DNA from: an uncultured Acidobacteriota bacterium
GTDB lineage: Bacteria > Acidobacteriota > Thermoanaerobaculia > UBA5066 > DATFVB01
Assembly (NCBI GenBank): GCA_963813155.1
Contig: CAWEYG010000002.1
Location: 576,001-640,000 of the forward strand
Reading direction: 5' to 3'
DNA: 64,000 nt
Shown: positions 19,925 through 29,204 of the stretch, one piece after another
Layout: each line of letters begins with the position of its first letter
Position numbering within the stretch: the first letter of the stretch is position 1
Translations under genes and position numbers: made by a program
Notes under the pieces: generated by a model
Seen by the model: only the letters and a program-made list of their open reading frames with translations
The model's database searches: none
What the model was told of the DNA's origin: nothing

Positions 19925-20406
19925 TCGAGCCGATCGTGGACGAATTCCTTCGCGAAGCGGAAACGACGAAGCGCGTTCTCGCGCGCGTGCCGACGGCCCG
20001 GCTCGCCTGGAAGCCGCACGAGAAGTCGCGCTCTCTCGGCGAGCTGGCCTGGCACGTGGCCTCGATCCCGCGGCGCGTGTCGGCAATGGCGCTGCTGGAA
20101 GACGCCGATGTGATGGCCCACAAGCAGCCGCCGCTGCCGGAAACGGCCGAAGCGATGCTCGAGGCCTTCACCGCGGGAATTCCCGAGACGAAAGAGAACC
20201 TCCTTAAGCTCGGCGACGAGGACCTCCGGAAGACGATTCACTTTCACCGGGGCGAGGTCACGATGGCCCGCCTTCCGAAAATCGGATTTCTGCGGGCCGT
20301 CATGCTGAACCACTGGTATCACCACCGCGGACAGCTCTCGATCTACCTGCGGCTGCTCGACGTGCCGGTGCCTTCGATCTACGGCCCGAGCGCCGACGAA
20401 AGCTAG
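19915..20406 (+). CDS. DinB family protein
   Basis: WKPHEKSRSLGELAWH..HWYHHRGQL. Confidence 0.88.
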   Translation: MAMIEPIVDEFLREAETTKRVLARVPTARLAWKPHEKSRSLGELAWHVASIPRRVSAMALLEDADVMAHKQPPLPETAEAMLEAFTAGIPETKENLLKLGDEDLRKTIHFHRGEVTMARLPKIGFLRAVMLNHWYHHRGQLSIYLRLLDVPVPSIYGPSADES

Positions 20407-20446
20407 GTAGCCCGCGCGGCCCCAGCGAGCCCCAAAACCCGGGGGC

Positions 20447-20475
20447 TTGCATTCCCCCACGACATTTGCTATTCT
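20447..20475 (+). promoter_or_regulatory. Sigma70-type promoter of the second RRM gene
   Basis: TTGCAT-17 nt-TATTCT with extended -10 TG. Confidence 0.7.
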
Positions 20476-20631
20476 TAAGGCTCTTCGAATCGCTCGCCTT
20501 TTTCAGCTCGCCTGTAGAATTCCGACCGATCTAAGAAGAAACGTTGGGATGTTTTTGCTGCGACCCGCCCTACGTAAATTGACAAGCGGCAAGGATTCGC
20601 CGGATTTTCCGGCACAAAGGAAGGTACCCAA

Positions 20632-20937
20632 ATGAAACTGTACGTCGGCAACCTGAGCTACGACACGACCGAAGACCAGGTGAAGGACCTCTTCGCCGGT
20701 TACGGCACGCCCGATTCGGTCCGTCTCATCACGGACCGCGACACCGGCCGCGCCAAGGGATTCGGCTTCGTCGAGTTCTCCAACGACCAGGAAGCGCGCG
20801 CCGCGATCGCCGGCCTCAACGGCCAGGACATGAACGGCCGCCCGCTGACGGTCAACGAGGCGCGTCCGCAGGAGCCCCGCACCGGCGGCGGCAATCGCGG
20901 AGGCTACTCCCGCGGCGGCGGCTCCAACCGCTACTGA
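20632..20937 (+). CDS. RRM-domain RNA-binding protein with Gly/Arg-rich tail
   Basis: LYVGNL, KGFGFVEF, C-terminal GGGNRGGYSRGGGSNRY. Confidence 0.93.
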   Translation: MKLYVGNLSYDTTEDQVKDLFAGYGTPDSVRLITDRDTGRAKGFGFVEFSNDQEARAAIAGLNGQDMNGRPLTVNEARPQEPRTGGGNRGGYSRGGGSNRY

Positions 20938-20962
20938 GGAATCCCTCCCACGAGTGGATTAT

Positions 20963-20992
20963 CCCGGGCCGGAAACGGCCCGGGTTTTTTTT
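20963..20992 (+). terminator. Rho-independent terminator
   Basis: CCCGGGCCG-GAAA-CGGCCCGGG followed by T8. Confidence 0.9.
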
Positions 20993-21075
20993 GGACTCAT
21001 CTCGACCCGCCTTGAGCTCGAAAACTCCGTAACCTCCGGCGCCGGGCCCCGTCATAAGGGGACAGGAGGCCCGGC

Positions 21076-21447
21076 ATGGAACGCAACAGACCCCGACACA
21101 AGAGATTGATCGCCGCGCTGCTGATCGGGGCCGCCGCGCTCACCGCCTCCGGGCAAACCGGCGTCACCAATTTGGGACGCTCCGCTTCCTGCAGGGCCGA
21201 GTCTCTCCTCCAGGATCTCCGCAACCTCGGAGGCTACGAAATTCTGTTCGGAACGGTCCTCACGAAAATGGACCCGGGTGTTCGGCGCTCCGCGCTGCTC
21301 GCGCTCGCCGGGCCGAGCCAGTGTCCGATCGCGGCTGCGGCGAGCCGCGCCGGCCGGCAGACGCGTGCCCCGCGCTCGCCCCGTCCCGCCGCGCTCGCCC
21401 CCGCGACGCGCCGGCCCGCGTGCCCGGCGGGCGGATCACTCGTCTAA
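21076..21447 (+). CDS. Hypothetical protein with signal-like N-terminus
   Basis: AGGAGG SD; LIAALLIGAAALTA; low-complexity C-terminus. Confidence 0.45.
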   Translation: MERNRPRHKRLIAALLIGAAALTASGQTGVTNLGRSASCRAESLLQDLRNLGGYEILFGTVLTKMDPGVRRSALLALAGPSQCPIAAAASRAGRQTRAPRSPRPAALAPATRRPACPAGGSLV

Positions 21448-21479
21448 GAGAGAACCGGACGAAAGCCCCGGGAGCTGAC

Positions 21480-23543
21480 CTAGCTGCCGATCCCCCACTC
21501 GGAAAGGAGAAACGCCTGTTCGAACGCGATTTCGCGCAGGCGGTCGTATCGCCCGGAGGAGCCGCCGTGGCCGGCGGCCATGTTCGTCCGGAGCAGCAGG
21601 ACGCCGCCGCCGGTCTTCATCGCCCGCAGCTTCGCGGCGAGCTTGGCGGGCTCCCAGAACGGGACCTGGCTGTCGTGGAGCGAGGAATTCAGCAGAATCG
21701 CAGGATACGTTCGGGGGGCGACGTTGTCGTAGGGAGAGTATTCGCGCATGCAGCGGTACTCGCTTTCGACGTTCGGGTTTCCCCACTCCTCGTATTCGCC
21801 GACGGTCAGCGGCAGGGAAGCGTCGAGCATGGTGTTGATCACGTCGACGAACGGAACCGTCGCGACCGCGGCGCGGAACAGATCCGGCCTCAGGTTCACG
21901 GCCGCTCCAACGAGCAGCCCTCCGGCGCTCCGGCCTTCGATCGCAAGCCGGCCGGGCGAAGTCCATCCGCGGGCGATCAGGTCCTCGGCGGCCGCGATGA
22001 AGTCGGTGAACGTGTTCATCTTCTTGCCCATGCGGCCCTCGTCGTGCCAGGCCTTGCCGAGCTCGCCGCCCCCGCGAACGTGGGCGACCGCGAAGACGAC
22101 GCCGCGGTCGAGCAGGCACAGGCGATTCGAGTTGAACGCGACGTCGACCGTCAGGCCGTAGGACCCGTAGCCGTACAACAGCATCGGGGCCGAACCGTCG
22201 AGCGGTATGCCTTTGCGCGCGACGAGCGAGATCGGGATCTTCACACCGTCGGAAGCGACCGCTTCGAACCGCTCCGACCGGTAGAGCGAGGCGTCGTAGC
22301 CGGGCACTTCCGTCCTTTTGCGGAGGATCGACTCGCCGCTCGCGACGTCGTAATCGAACACGGAGGACGGCGTGAGAAACGACTGGTAGTTGTAGCGGAG
22401 ATGGAGCGCGCCGTAGTCGCGGTTGGAGGTCGGGAAGGCGTCGTAAGCCGGCTCGGGAAACTCGATCCGCCGCGACCGGCCCGACGGCAGCTCCGTGACC
22501 CGGATCCGGGGCAGGCCCGCTTCGCGCTCCGACAGCGCGAGGAAACTGGAAAAACAGTCGACGCCCTCGACCATGACGCTCTCCCGGTGGGGAACGATCT
22601 CAGTCCAGTTCTCGCGGCGCGGGTCCGCGGCCGGCGCCGTGACGACCCGGAAGTTGCGCCCTTCGTCGTTCGTTCGGACGTAGAAGAGCCCTTCCCGCTC
22701 GTCGACGTCGTACTCGACGTCCGGCTCCCGCGCCGCAATGATCCTCCAGGCGCCGGCGGGCTCCCCCGCGGGAAGGAACCGGCTTTCCGTCGTCGTGTGG
22801 CTCGCGCAGCGAAGAAGGAGGTATTTCCCGCTGCGGGTCAGGCCGACTTCGACGTCGAAACGCTCGTCAGTTTCCTCGTGCACGAGCTCGTCGCGGCCCG
22901 TCTCCCCGAGCCGGTGGCGGAAGACGCGGAAGGAACGCTTCGCTTCGTTTTCGACGGAGTAGAACAGGGTGCGATTGTCGGCGCCCCACGCGGCCGAGGT
23001 GGCCTTCTCGACACGCTCGGCGAGGTCTTCGCCCGTGTCGAGGTTCCGGACGCGAAGCGTGTATTCCCGATAGCCCGTCTCGTCGAGCGAATACGCGAGC
23101 AGGCGGTCGTTCGGGCTCACGCAGTATTCGCCGAGCGCGAGGAACTTCTTCCCCCGGGCGAGATCGTCGAGGTCGAGCGTGACTTCCTCCGGCGCGGCGA
23201 GCGATCCCCTGCGCCGGCAATAGCGCGGATATTGCTTTCCCTCCTCTGTTCGGGAGTAATGGAAGTATCCGCCCTCGCGGTACGGGACCGAGAGGTCCGT
23301 CTCTTTCCAGTGGCTCCGCATTTCGCGGTAGAGAGCTTCCTGGAGAGGCTCCGTCGCTCTCATCACGGCAGCGGCGTAGGTATTTTCGGCTTCGAGGTAG
23401 GCGAAGACCTCGGGGTCGTTCTTTTCCCGGAGCCAGAAGTAGTCGTCGACGCGCGTTTCGCCGTGGAGACGGAGCGTTCGCGGAGCTTTTCTGGCTACCG
23501 GCGGAGTTGCGGCGGATGAATCGAGCAAGATGGTCCCTTTCAC
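21480..23543 (-). CDS. ptrB: Oligopeptidase B (S9A peptidase)
   Basis: DDYFWLR, YGYGSYG, HVRGGGELG, GRSAGG, DSQV, GHGG; start may be TTG 23528. Confidence 0.92.
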   Translation of the reverse strand: MKGTILLDSSAATPPVARKAPRTLRLHGETRVDDYFWLREKNDPEVFAYLEAENTYAAAVMRATEPLQEALYREMRSHWKETDLSVPYREGGYFHYSRTEEGKQYPRYCRRRGSLAAPEEVTLDLDDLARGKKFLALGEYCVSPNDRLLAYSLDETGYREYTLRVRNLDTGEDLAERVEKATSAAWGADNRTLFYSVENEAKRSFRVFRHRLGETGRDELVHEETDERFDVEVGLTRSGKYLLLRCASHTTTESRFLPAGEPAGAWRIIAAREPDVEYDVDEREGLFYVRTNDEGRNFRVVTAPAADPRRENWTEIVPHRESVMVEGVDCFSSFLALSEREAGLPRIRVTELPSGRSRRIEFPEPAYDAFPTSNRDYGALHLRYNYQSFLTPSSVFDYDVASGESILRKRTEVPGYDASLYRSERFEAVASDGVKIPISLVARKGIPLDGSAPMLLYGYGSYGLTVDVAFNSNRLCLLDRGVVFAVAHVRGGGELGKAWHDEGRMGKKMNTFTDFIAAAEDLIARGWTSPGRLAIEGRSAGGLLVGAAVNLRPDLFRAAVATVPFVDVINTMLDASLPLTVGEYEEWGNPNVESEYRCMREYSPYDNVAPRTYPAILLNSSLHDSQVPFWEPAKLAAKLRAMKTGGGVLLLRTNMAAGHGGSSGRYDRLREIAFEQAFLLSEWGIGS

Positions 23544-23938
23544 GCGAGAGACGCGATCTTATCCGAGAGGAATTCGTCGTCGGGAAACGCCACGAACTTC
23601 AGGTAACCCTAACAAACGGAATGGAGTGATCCTGTGGGAAAAGATGGCATTGCGATTGCGTGATTGCGGGAGAGGCCACCGCCTGCTCCAGTTCCGAAAT
23701 AACAAACTGAAAACACAGAGCTTGTCGAACAGCACATGAATGAGTGCAAGTTGATCGAGAGGGCCGTTTTTTCGGTGTTTTCTGATGATTTCCGCATGGA
23801 TTTCCGAAGAGATTTCCGAAACCCTCGCGGAAAACTTCGGCTCCGTGTGCTGGCGGGTCGCGCGCGCGAGCCGCCGTCGACGCCCGATCGGAGCTGGAAC
23901 GCGAATTGCCTCTAGAATTTCCGTGATGCGACACGACC

Positions 23939-24406
23939 ATGCCTGAGGCGAAAGAGCGCGGAGCGAGCTCGAGCGTCGTCGTCGCGTGCGGCGAGTGCGG
24001 AAAAAAGAACCGCGTTCCTTTCTCACACCTCGCCGACACGGGACGCTGCGGCGCGTGCCGCTTTCCCCTGCCGCCGCGTTCCGAGCCGATCGAAGTCGGA
24101 CCGGCGGAGTTCGACGAGATCATCCTGAACTCCCGCGTTCCCGTACTCGTGGACTTCTGGGCGGCCTGGTGCGCGCCCTGCCGGATGGCGGCGCCCGAAG
24201 TCGCGAAGACGGCGCAGGAAATGGCCGGGCGCGCGATCGTCCTCAAGGTCGATACCGAGGAGCACCCGCGCGTGGCGGCCCGCTACGGCGTCCAGGGAAT
24301 TCCGAACTTCCTCGTCCTGAAGTCGGGACTCGTCCTGCGCCAGCAGGCGGGCCTGGTGCCGAGCGCGACGATGAATGCGTGGCTCGCGGCGGCAGCAGCG
24401 GGATGA
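23939..24406 (+). CDS. trxC: Thioredoxin 2 (zinc-finger thioredoxin)
   Basis: CGECGKKNRV..CGAC zinc site plus DFWAAWCAPC. Confidence 0.88.
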   Translation: MPEAKERGASSSVVVACGECGKKNRVPFSHLADTGRCGACRFPLPPRSEPIEVGPAEFDEIILNSRVPVLVDFWAAWCAPCRMAAPEVAKTAQEMAGRAIVLKVDTEEHPRVAARYGVQGIPNFLVLKSGLVLRQQAGLVPSATMNAWLAAAAAG

Positions 24407-24447
24407 GGGAACAGCGTTAGAATCGGAAGAATCTCCCGGGAGGAAAC

Positions 24448-24807
24448 ATGAAGCCAGGCCGACTGATCGCCCTTCTCGTGCTCGCCGCTGCGGCGATCTG
24501 GATCTGGAGAAATCCGGGAGAGCTCAAGAAGCTCGCGCCGGGAAACGCCGCGCCATCCCCGAAGGCCTCGGAGCCGCAGCCGAATTCGCAGCTCAACGAG
24601 GCGGCGCGGGAAGCCGAAAAGTCCTCTGGCGGCGGCGTGACGGAAAACATGACCCCCGAACAGGTGCGCGGGCTCCTCGGAAGCCCCGACGAGGTGGAGA
24701 GCTACACGTCGGACGCGGGCAAGCCGGGCGAAAAATGGACTTACCGGCAGGCGCACCGCATGGTCGTCTTCGAAAACGGGATCGCCATTTCGGTGCAGCC
24801 GCTGTAA
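24448..24807 (+). CDS. Membrane-anchored protein with SmpA/BamE-like domain
   Basis: N-terminal TM; MTPEQVRGLLGSPD..EKWTY. Confidence 0.65.
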   Translation: MKPGRLIALLVLAAAAIWIWRNPGELKKLAPGNAAPSPKASEPQPNSQLNEAAREAEKSSGGGVTENMTPEQVRGLLGSPDEVESYTSDAGKPGEKWTYRQAHRMVVFENGIAISVQPL

Positions 24808-24878
24808 ATTTCCCTTCCTCACCCCTCCGAATGGCACAGCACGTGCTGGTGATAGCTCCCGGAAGGGAGCATCACGAC

Positions 24879-25667
24879 ATGGAAACAGCAGTGGGAATCT
24901 TTTCGACCCAGAGAGACGCCCGGCGCGCGGCCGAACGCCTGATTGCCGCCGGAACTCCCGCGGAGCGCATCAACATCCTCACGCCCGGAGAATGGAAAGG
25001 AGAAATCGGGCACGTGCCCTTGAGCGATACCGAACAGCCGGGGACGGCGGAAGCGATCGGCGGAGTGGTGGGCGGAGCCGCGGGGGCGTCGGCCGGATAC
25101 GCGCTCGGCCCGCTCGTGGCCGGGCTGTTCGTGCCCGGAATCGGAGCCGTCGCCGCGATCGGTCTCGCCGGAGCGGCGCTGCTCGGGATCGGGGGCGCGA
25201 TCGGGGGCGCCGCCGGAGGCAAAGCGATCGAGAACTCGTTGTCCGACGGTCTGCCTCACGACGAGATTTTTCTCTACGAAGAGGCGCTGCGGCGTGGCCG
25301 GTCCGTTGTGATCGCGATGCCGGACGACGACGACGAAACGGAGAGAGCGCGCCGGATCCTCGACGAATCGGGGGCCGTCTCGATCGACGCCGCCCGCGAG
25401 GAGTGGTGGGTCGGCCTGCGCGACGTCGCCCGTTCCGAATTCCAGGGCGAGAACGACGAATTCCCCGTCTTCGAGAAGATGTACCGCTGCGGTTTCGAAG
25501 CGGCGCAGCGCCTCGACTTCCGCGGGAAGAGCTTCGACGAGGCGAAGGAAGGCCTTCGTCGCAAGTATCTCGACTCCTGGGAGAACGCGGCGTTCCGGCG
25601 AGGATTCGAGCGCGCGCAGCAGATGCTGCGGGAACGGCGCGGCGCCCCGGCAGCCTCGAGCCGTTAA
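24879..25667 (+). CDS. General stress protein-like (YflT/GSP17M-type) glycine-zipper membrane protein
   Basis: TAVGIFS...A.RA...L...G; GGVVGGAAG..VPGIG; YEEALRRG. Confidence 0.75.
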   Translation: METAVGIFSTQRDARRAAERLIAAGTPAERINILTPGEWKGEIGHVPLSDTEQPGTAEAIGGVVGGAAGASAGYALGPLVAGLFVPGIGAVAAIGLAGAALLGIGGAIGGAAGGKAIENSLSDGLPHDEIFLYEEALRRGRSVVIAMPDDDDETERARRILDESGAVSIDAAREEWWVGLRDVARSEFQGENDEFPVFEKMYRCGFEAAQRLDFRGKSFDEAKEGLRRKYLDSWENAAFRRGFERAQQMLRERRGAPAASSR

Positions 25668-25676
25668 TCCGGGCCG

Positions 25677-28289
25677 TTAGAGGATCGGCGGCGTCCGGGC
25701 GGGAGCGATCTTCGTTTTCCTCGTCTTTCGCGTCCGAAGGAGCGCTTCGAATTCCGGAGCGGCGAGGCCGGGGCTGAAGAGAAACCCCTGGACCTCGTCA
25801 CAGTGGGACTGGCGCAGGAAATCGAGCTGGTCCTCGGTTTCCACGCCTTCCGCCACGACCTTCAGCTTGAGTTCGTGCGCCATCACGATCGCGGCGCGGA
25901 CGATCGACGCGTCGTTGGGATCGGTTGCGAGGTCCCGAATGAACGTGCGGTCGATCTTGATCGTGTCGACCGGAAGGAGCTTCAGGTAGCTCAGGGACGA
26001 ATAGCCCGTGCCGAAATCGTCCATCGTGATGCCGAGCCCGAGCTCCCTCAATTCGTGGAGCTTCCGCACGCTCGCCTCGAAACCCTGCATCGCGAGGCTC
26101 TCGGTGATCTCCAGGCTGACCCAGCCCGGTTCGAGACCGCTCTCGACGACGATCTTCCGGATCCGCTCGGCGGCGTCCTGCCGCTGAAGCTGGCGAACCG
26201 AGAGGTTGACCGAAATCCGCAGGTTCGCCCACCCGAGGTCCCGCCACGAGCGCGTCTGGGCGCAAGCCTCGCGCAGGATCCGCGATCCCAGGGGAAGGAT
26301 GAGGCCGGTTTCCTCGGCCACGGGAATGAAGTCGCCGGGCAGCACGAGGCCGCGGACCGGGTGCTGCCAGCGCGAGAGAGCCTCCATCCCGGTGATCTTC
26401 CGGCTCGCGAGGTGGAACTGCGGCTGGTAGTGGACGACGAACTCGCCCGCGTCGAGACCGCGGCGCATTCCGGCTTCGAGGTCGAGCCGGTCGAACCCGT
26501 TCTCTTCGATCGCCCTCGCGTGGAACTGGTAGTTGTCGCGGCCCTTCTGCTTGGCCAGGTACATCGCGATGTCGGCGCTCTTCACGAGCGACTCGGAGTC
26601 CTCGCCGTCGTAAGGAAAAACGCCGATGCCAAGACTCATCGTCACGAAGAGCTCTCTTTCGGCGACCGAAAACGGGCGGCGGAAGAGCTCCAGGATCTTG
26701 CGCGCGACGACTCCCGCGTCTTCGGGCCGCTCGATGCGCGAGAGCAGCAGAATGAACTCGTCTCCGCCCAGCCGGGCGAGCGTGTCGCCGGCGCGGTGCA
26801 ACCCCTGCAGCCGCGACGCGACCTGCTGCAGGAAAAGATCGCCGACCTTGTGGCCGAGGCTGTCGTTGACGATCTTGAAACGGTCCAGGTCCATGAACAG
26901 GATCGCGATCGAATGGCCCTGGCGTTTCGCCTGCGTGAGGGCCGTCTCGAGCTCCTCTTCGAACCGGGCGCGATTCGCAAGGCCCGTGAGCGAATCGTGA
27001 TACGCGAGCTGCTCGATTTGCTTCTCGGCAAGCCGGTTCTCCGTCACGTCCCGGTTGATGGAGAGCACCGCGGGACGCCCGTCGTAGTCCACGACCGAGG
27101 CGCTGACGACGAAGTCGAGCAATCGCCCGTCCTTGCTCTGGTGAATGGTCTCCCAGTTCTGGAGCGAGCCCTCCCGCATCAGCTGGCGCAGCCGTTCGTC
27201 GCCCCGCGCCACTTCCTTCGTGATGGACCTCAGGCTCATTCCGAGCAGCTCTTCGCGCGAAAACCCGTAAATCTCGAACGCCTTCTGGTTCGCCTCGAGG
27301 ATGACCTCGGTCTCCGGCTCGAAGATCAGAACGGCGTCGTTCGCGCTCTCAAACAGATTCCGGTAATGCCTCTCCGACCGCTGAAGCGCCTCCTCGTTGC
27401 GCTTGCGCTCGAGCGCGCTCGCGACGTGCTGCGAGACGAACGTGAGGATTCCCTTCTCTTCCTCGCCGTACCGCACGTCCTCGCTGTAGGTCTGAACCAC
27501 GAGAACGCCGATCGTCTGGGAGCCCACCTGCAGCGGTACGCCGAGCCAATCGATGGAAGGCGCGCCCTGGGGCTCGACTTTGCCTTCTTCGACGAGCCGG
27601 TTGAACGATTCCGAAGACACGAGTTGCGGAACGCCCGTGCGCAGGACGAGCTCCGTGAGGCCCCGCCCCGGTTTCTTCGGCGCGGGAACCGGGTCGAACT
27701 CGTCCACGAAATAGGGGAAGCTCATCGTGTCGCTCGCCGGGTCGTAGAGAGCGAGGTAGAAGTTGCGGGAGTTCATCAGCTCTCCGACGATCCGGTGGAG
27801 GGCCGAATAGAACGCCGGGAGGTCCCGCTCGGAGCTCGTGATCTCGGCGATGCGGTAGAGCGCGGACTGCAGCTTCTCGGACTGGCGACGCTCCGTCACG
27901 TCTTTCGCGACGACCATCCGCGCCGGGCTTCCGGCGAACGTCACCCCGCACGACGCAACTTCGACGAAAAAGATCTCTCCGCTCCGGGCGCGGTGGCGCC
28001 ACTGGCCGGCGCTCGTGGAAGAGCCCAGGTTCCGCACGTCTTCGAGAAGGAGAGCGACCTCTTCGGGAGGACGGATCTCCAGAATCGTCATCGCGAGGAA
28101 CTCTTCCCGCGAGAACCCGTATCGTTCGATCGCCGCGTCGTTGACCGCGAGAAAACGCAGCGTCTCGCGCTCGTAGACCCACATCGGGACGGGGTTGGAC
28201 TCGAAGAGGAGGCGGTACAGCGGTTCCGACTCTCGGAGGTCCTCCTCCGGTCGCGAGCGAACCTTGACGTCGAGCTCCTCCGGGTCCAA
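25677..28289 (-). CDS. PAS-GAF-PAS-GGDEF-EAL c-di-GMP enzyme
   Basis: GGDEF, RxxD, MEAL, DDFGTGYSS, AEGVE. Confidence 0.92.
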   Translation of the reverse strand: MDPEELDVKVRSRPEEDLRESEPLYRLLFESNPVPMWVYERETLRFLAVNDAAIERYGFSREEFLAMTILEIRPPEEVALLLEDVRNLGSSTSAGQWRHRARSGEIFFVEVASCGVTFAGSPARMVVAKDVTERRQSEKLQSALYRIAEITSSERDLPAFYSALHRIVGELMNSRNFYLALYDPASDTMSFPYFVDEFDPVPAPKKPGRGLTELVLRTGVPQLVSSESFNRLVEEGKVEPQGAPSIDWLGVPLQVGSQTIGVLVVQTYSEDVRYGEEEKGILTFVSQHVASALERKRNEEALQRSERHYRNLFESANDAVLIFEPETEVILEANQKAFEIYGFSREELLGMSLRSITKEVARGDERLRQLMREGSLQNWETIHQSKDGRLLDFVVSASVVDYDGRPAVLSINRDVTENRLAEKQIEQLAYHDSLTGLANRARFEEELETALTQAKRQGHSIAILFMDLDRFKIVNDSLGHKVGDLFLQQVASRLQGLHRAGDTLARLGGDEFILLLSRIERPEDAGVVARKILELFRRPFSVAERELFVTMSLGIGVFPYDGEDSESLVKSADIAMYLAKQKGRDNYQFHARAIEENGFDRLDLEAGMRRGLDAGEFVVHYQPQFHLASRKITGMEALSRWQHPVRGLVLPGDFIPVAEETGLILPLGSRILREACAQTRSWRDLGWANLRISVNLSVRQLQRQDAAERIRKIVVESGLEPGWVSLEITESLAMQGFEASVRKLHELRELGLGITMDDFGTGYSSLSYLKLLPVDTIKIDRTFIRDLATDPNDASIVRAAIVMAHELKLKVVAEGVETEDQLDFLRQSHCDEVQGFLFSPGLAAPEFEALLRTRKTRKTKIAPARTPPIL

Positions 28290-28329
28290 CCCCGAAAGTG
28301 TATCAGCGCCGGGGCATCAGTAACCGGGG

Positions 28330-29202
28330 TTGCGGAGATTAGAATGGAAAGATGTCTTCGAGCGGCGCCCTTTGAGAATCGCGAACGCCATCCCGGCGCG
28401 CCTGCTCCCGTTGAGGGAATCGCTTTCGCCTTTTCCGCGGGGCGAGGAAGTCCTGCGCCTCACGCATCTCACCGAGAGCGAGTGGGACGAAGTCGCGCTC
28501 CGCTTCCCGGGACTCGGTACCGGCGCCGGCCGGAAGGCGGCCCGCGCGCGAAAGATTTTCCGCTTCCTCGTCGGCCGGGCCATGGCCACCGAGCGGCACC
28601 AGCCCGTCTGGAAGGGCGAGCCTCCGACGAGCGAGCCCACGCTTTACCTGACGGCCCACCTCGGAGACCTTCGCCCCCTTCGCTACATCCTGAGGCGCCG
28701 GGGCATCCCCGCGGCGCACGTTCTGGGACCGGAAAATCTCTTCCGCGAGGAAATCGCCGCGCAGGACAGGGAGTTCGACCGGGACAACCCGATCGACTTT
28801 CCCCACTTCTTCTCCACGGATCACCCCCACCAGCTGAAGGCCGCTCTCGCGCGCGGAAGCCTGATCACGGTCATCGACCGCGTTTTCAAGCGCCACGCGC
28901 CCGCACCGGAGAGCGAGGGACGCTTCTGGGCCGCTTCCTTCCTCGGGGGATTCCTTCAGATCGACGCTCATCCGCTTCGCCTGTCGCATCTCGCCCGGGT
29001 ACCGGCCCGGCCGATCTTCCTGACCGCCCCGGGAGGGCGCCTGACGGTCTCTGCTGGCGACCCTCTCCCCGCAGAACCGGCCGCCGCCCTCGCGCGGTTC
29101 GCGGACCTGCTGCGGGCGAGCGGCGAAGCGTCCCGGCACGATTTCGACGGATTCACCCATCGATGGAACCCGGGCCGGGCCGACGGAAAGCGGATCGTCT
29201 GA
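28330..29202 (+). CDS. LpxL/LPLAT-like acyltransferase (divergent)
   Basis: LYLTAHLGD (TAHxG motif), VIDR, FLG, LSHLARVP. Confidence 0.6.
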   Translation: MRRLEWKDVFERRPLRIANAIPARLLPLRESLSPFPRGEEVLRLTHLTESEWDEVALRFPGLGTGAGRKAARARKIFRFLVGRAMATERHQPVWKGEPPTSEPTLYLTAHLGDLRPLRYILRRRGIPAAHVLGPENLFREEIAAQDREFDRDNPIDFPHFFSTDHPHQLKAALARGSLITVIDRVFKRHAPAPESEGRFWAASFLGGFLQIDAHPLRLSHLARVPARPIFLTAPGGRLTVSAGDPLPAEPAAALARFADLLRASGEASRHDFDGFTHRWNPGRADGKRIV

Positions 29203-29204
29203 CG

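Noticed and set aside
23545-23935. Replication origin
   Set aside because: No good DnaA boxes and no dnaA/parAB context
25803-29204. 1511-aa plus-strand ORF that looks like a giant KS fusion
   Set aside because: Most of it is the antisense shadow of the GGDEF-EAL gene; only 29205-30338 is a real KS
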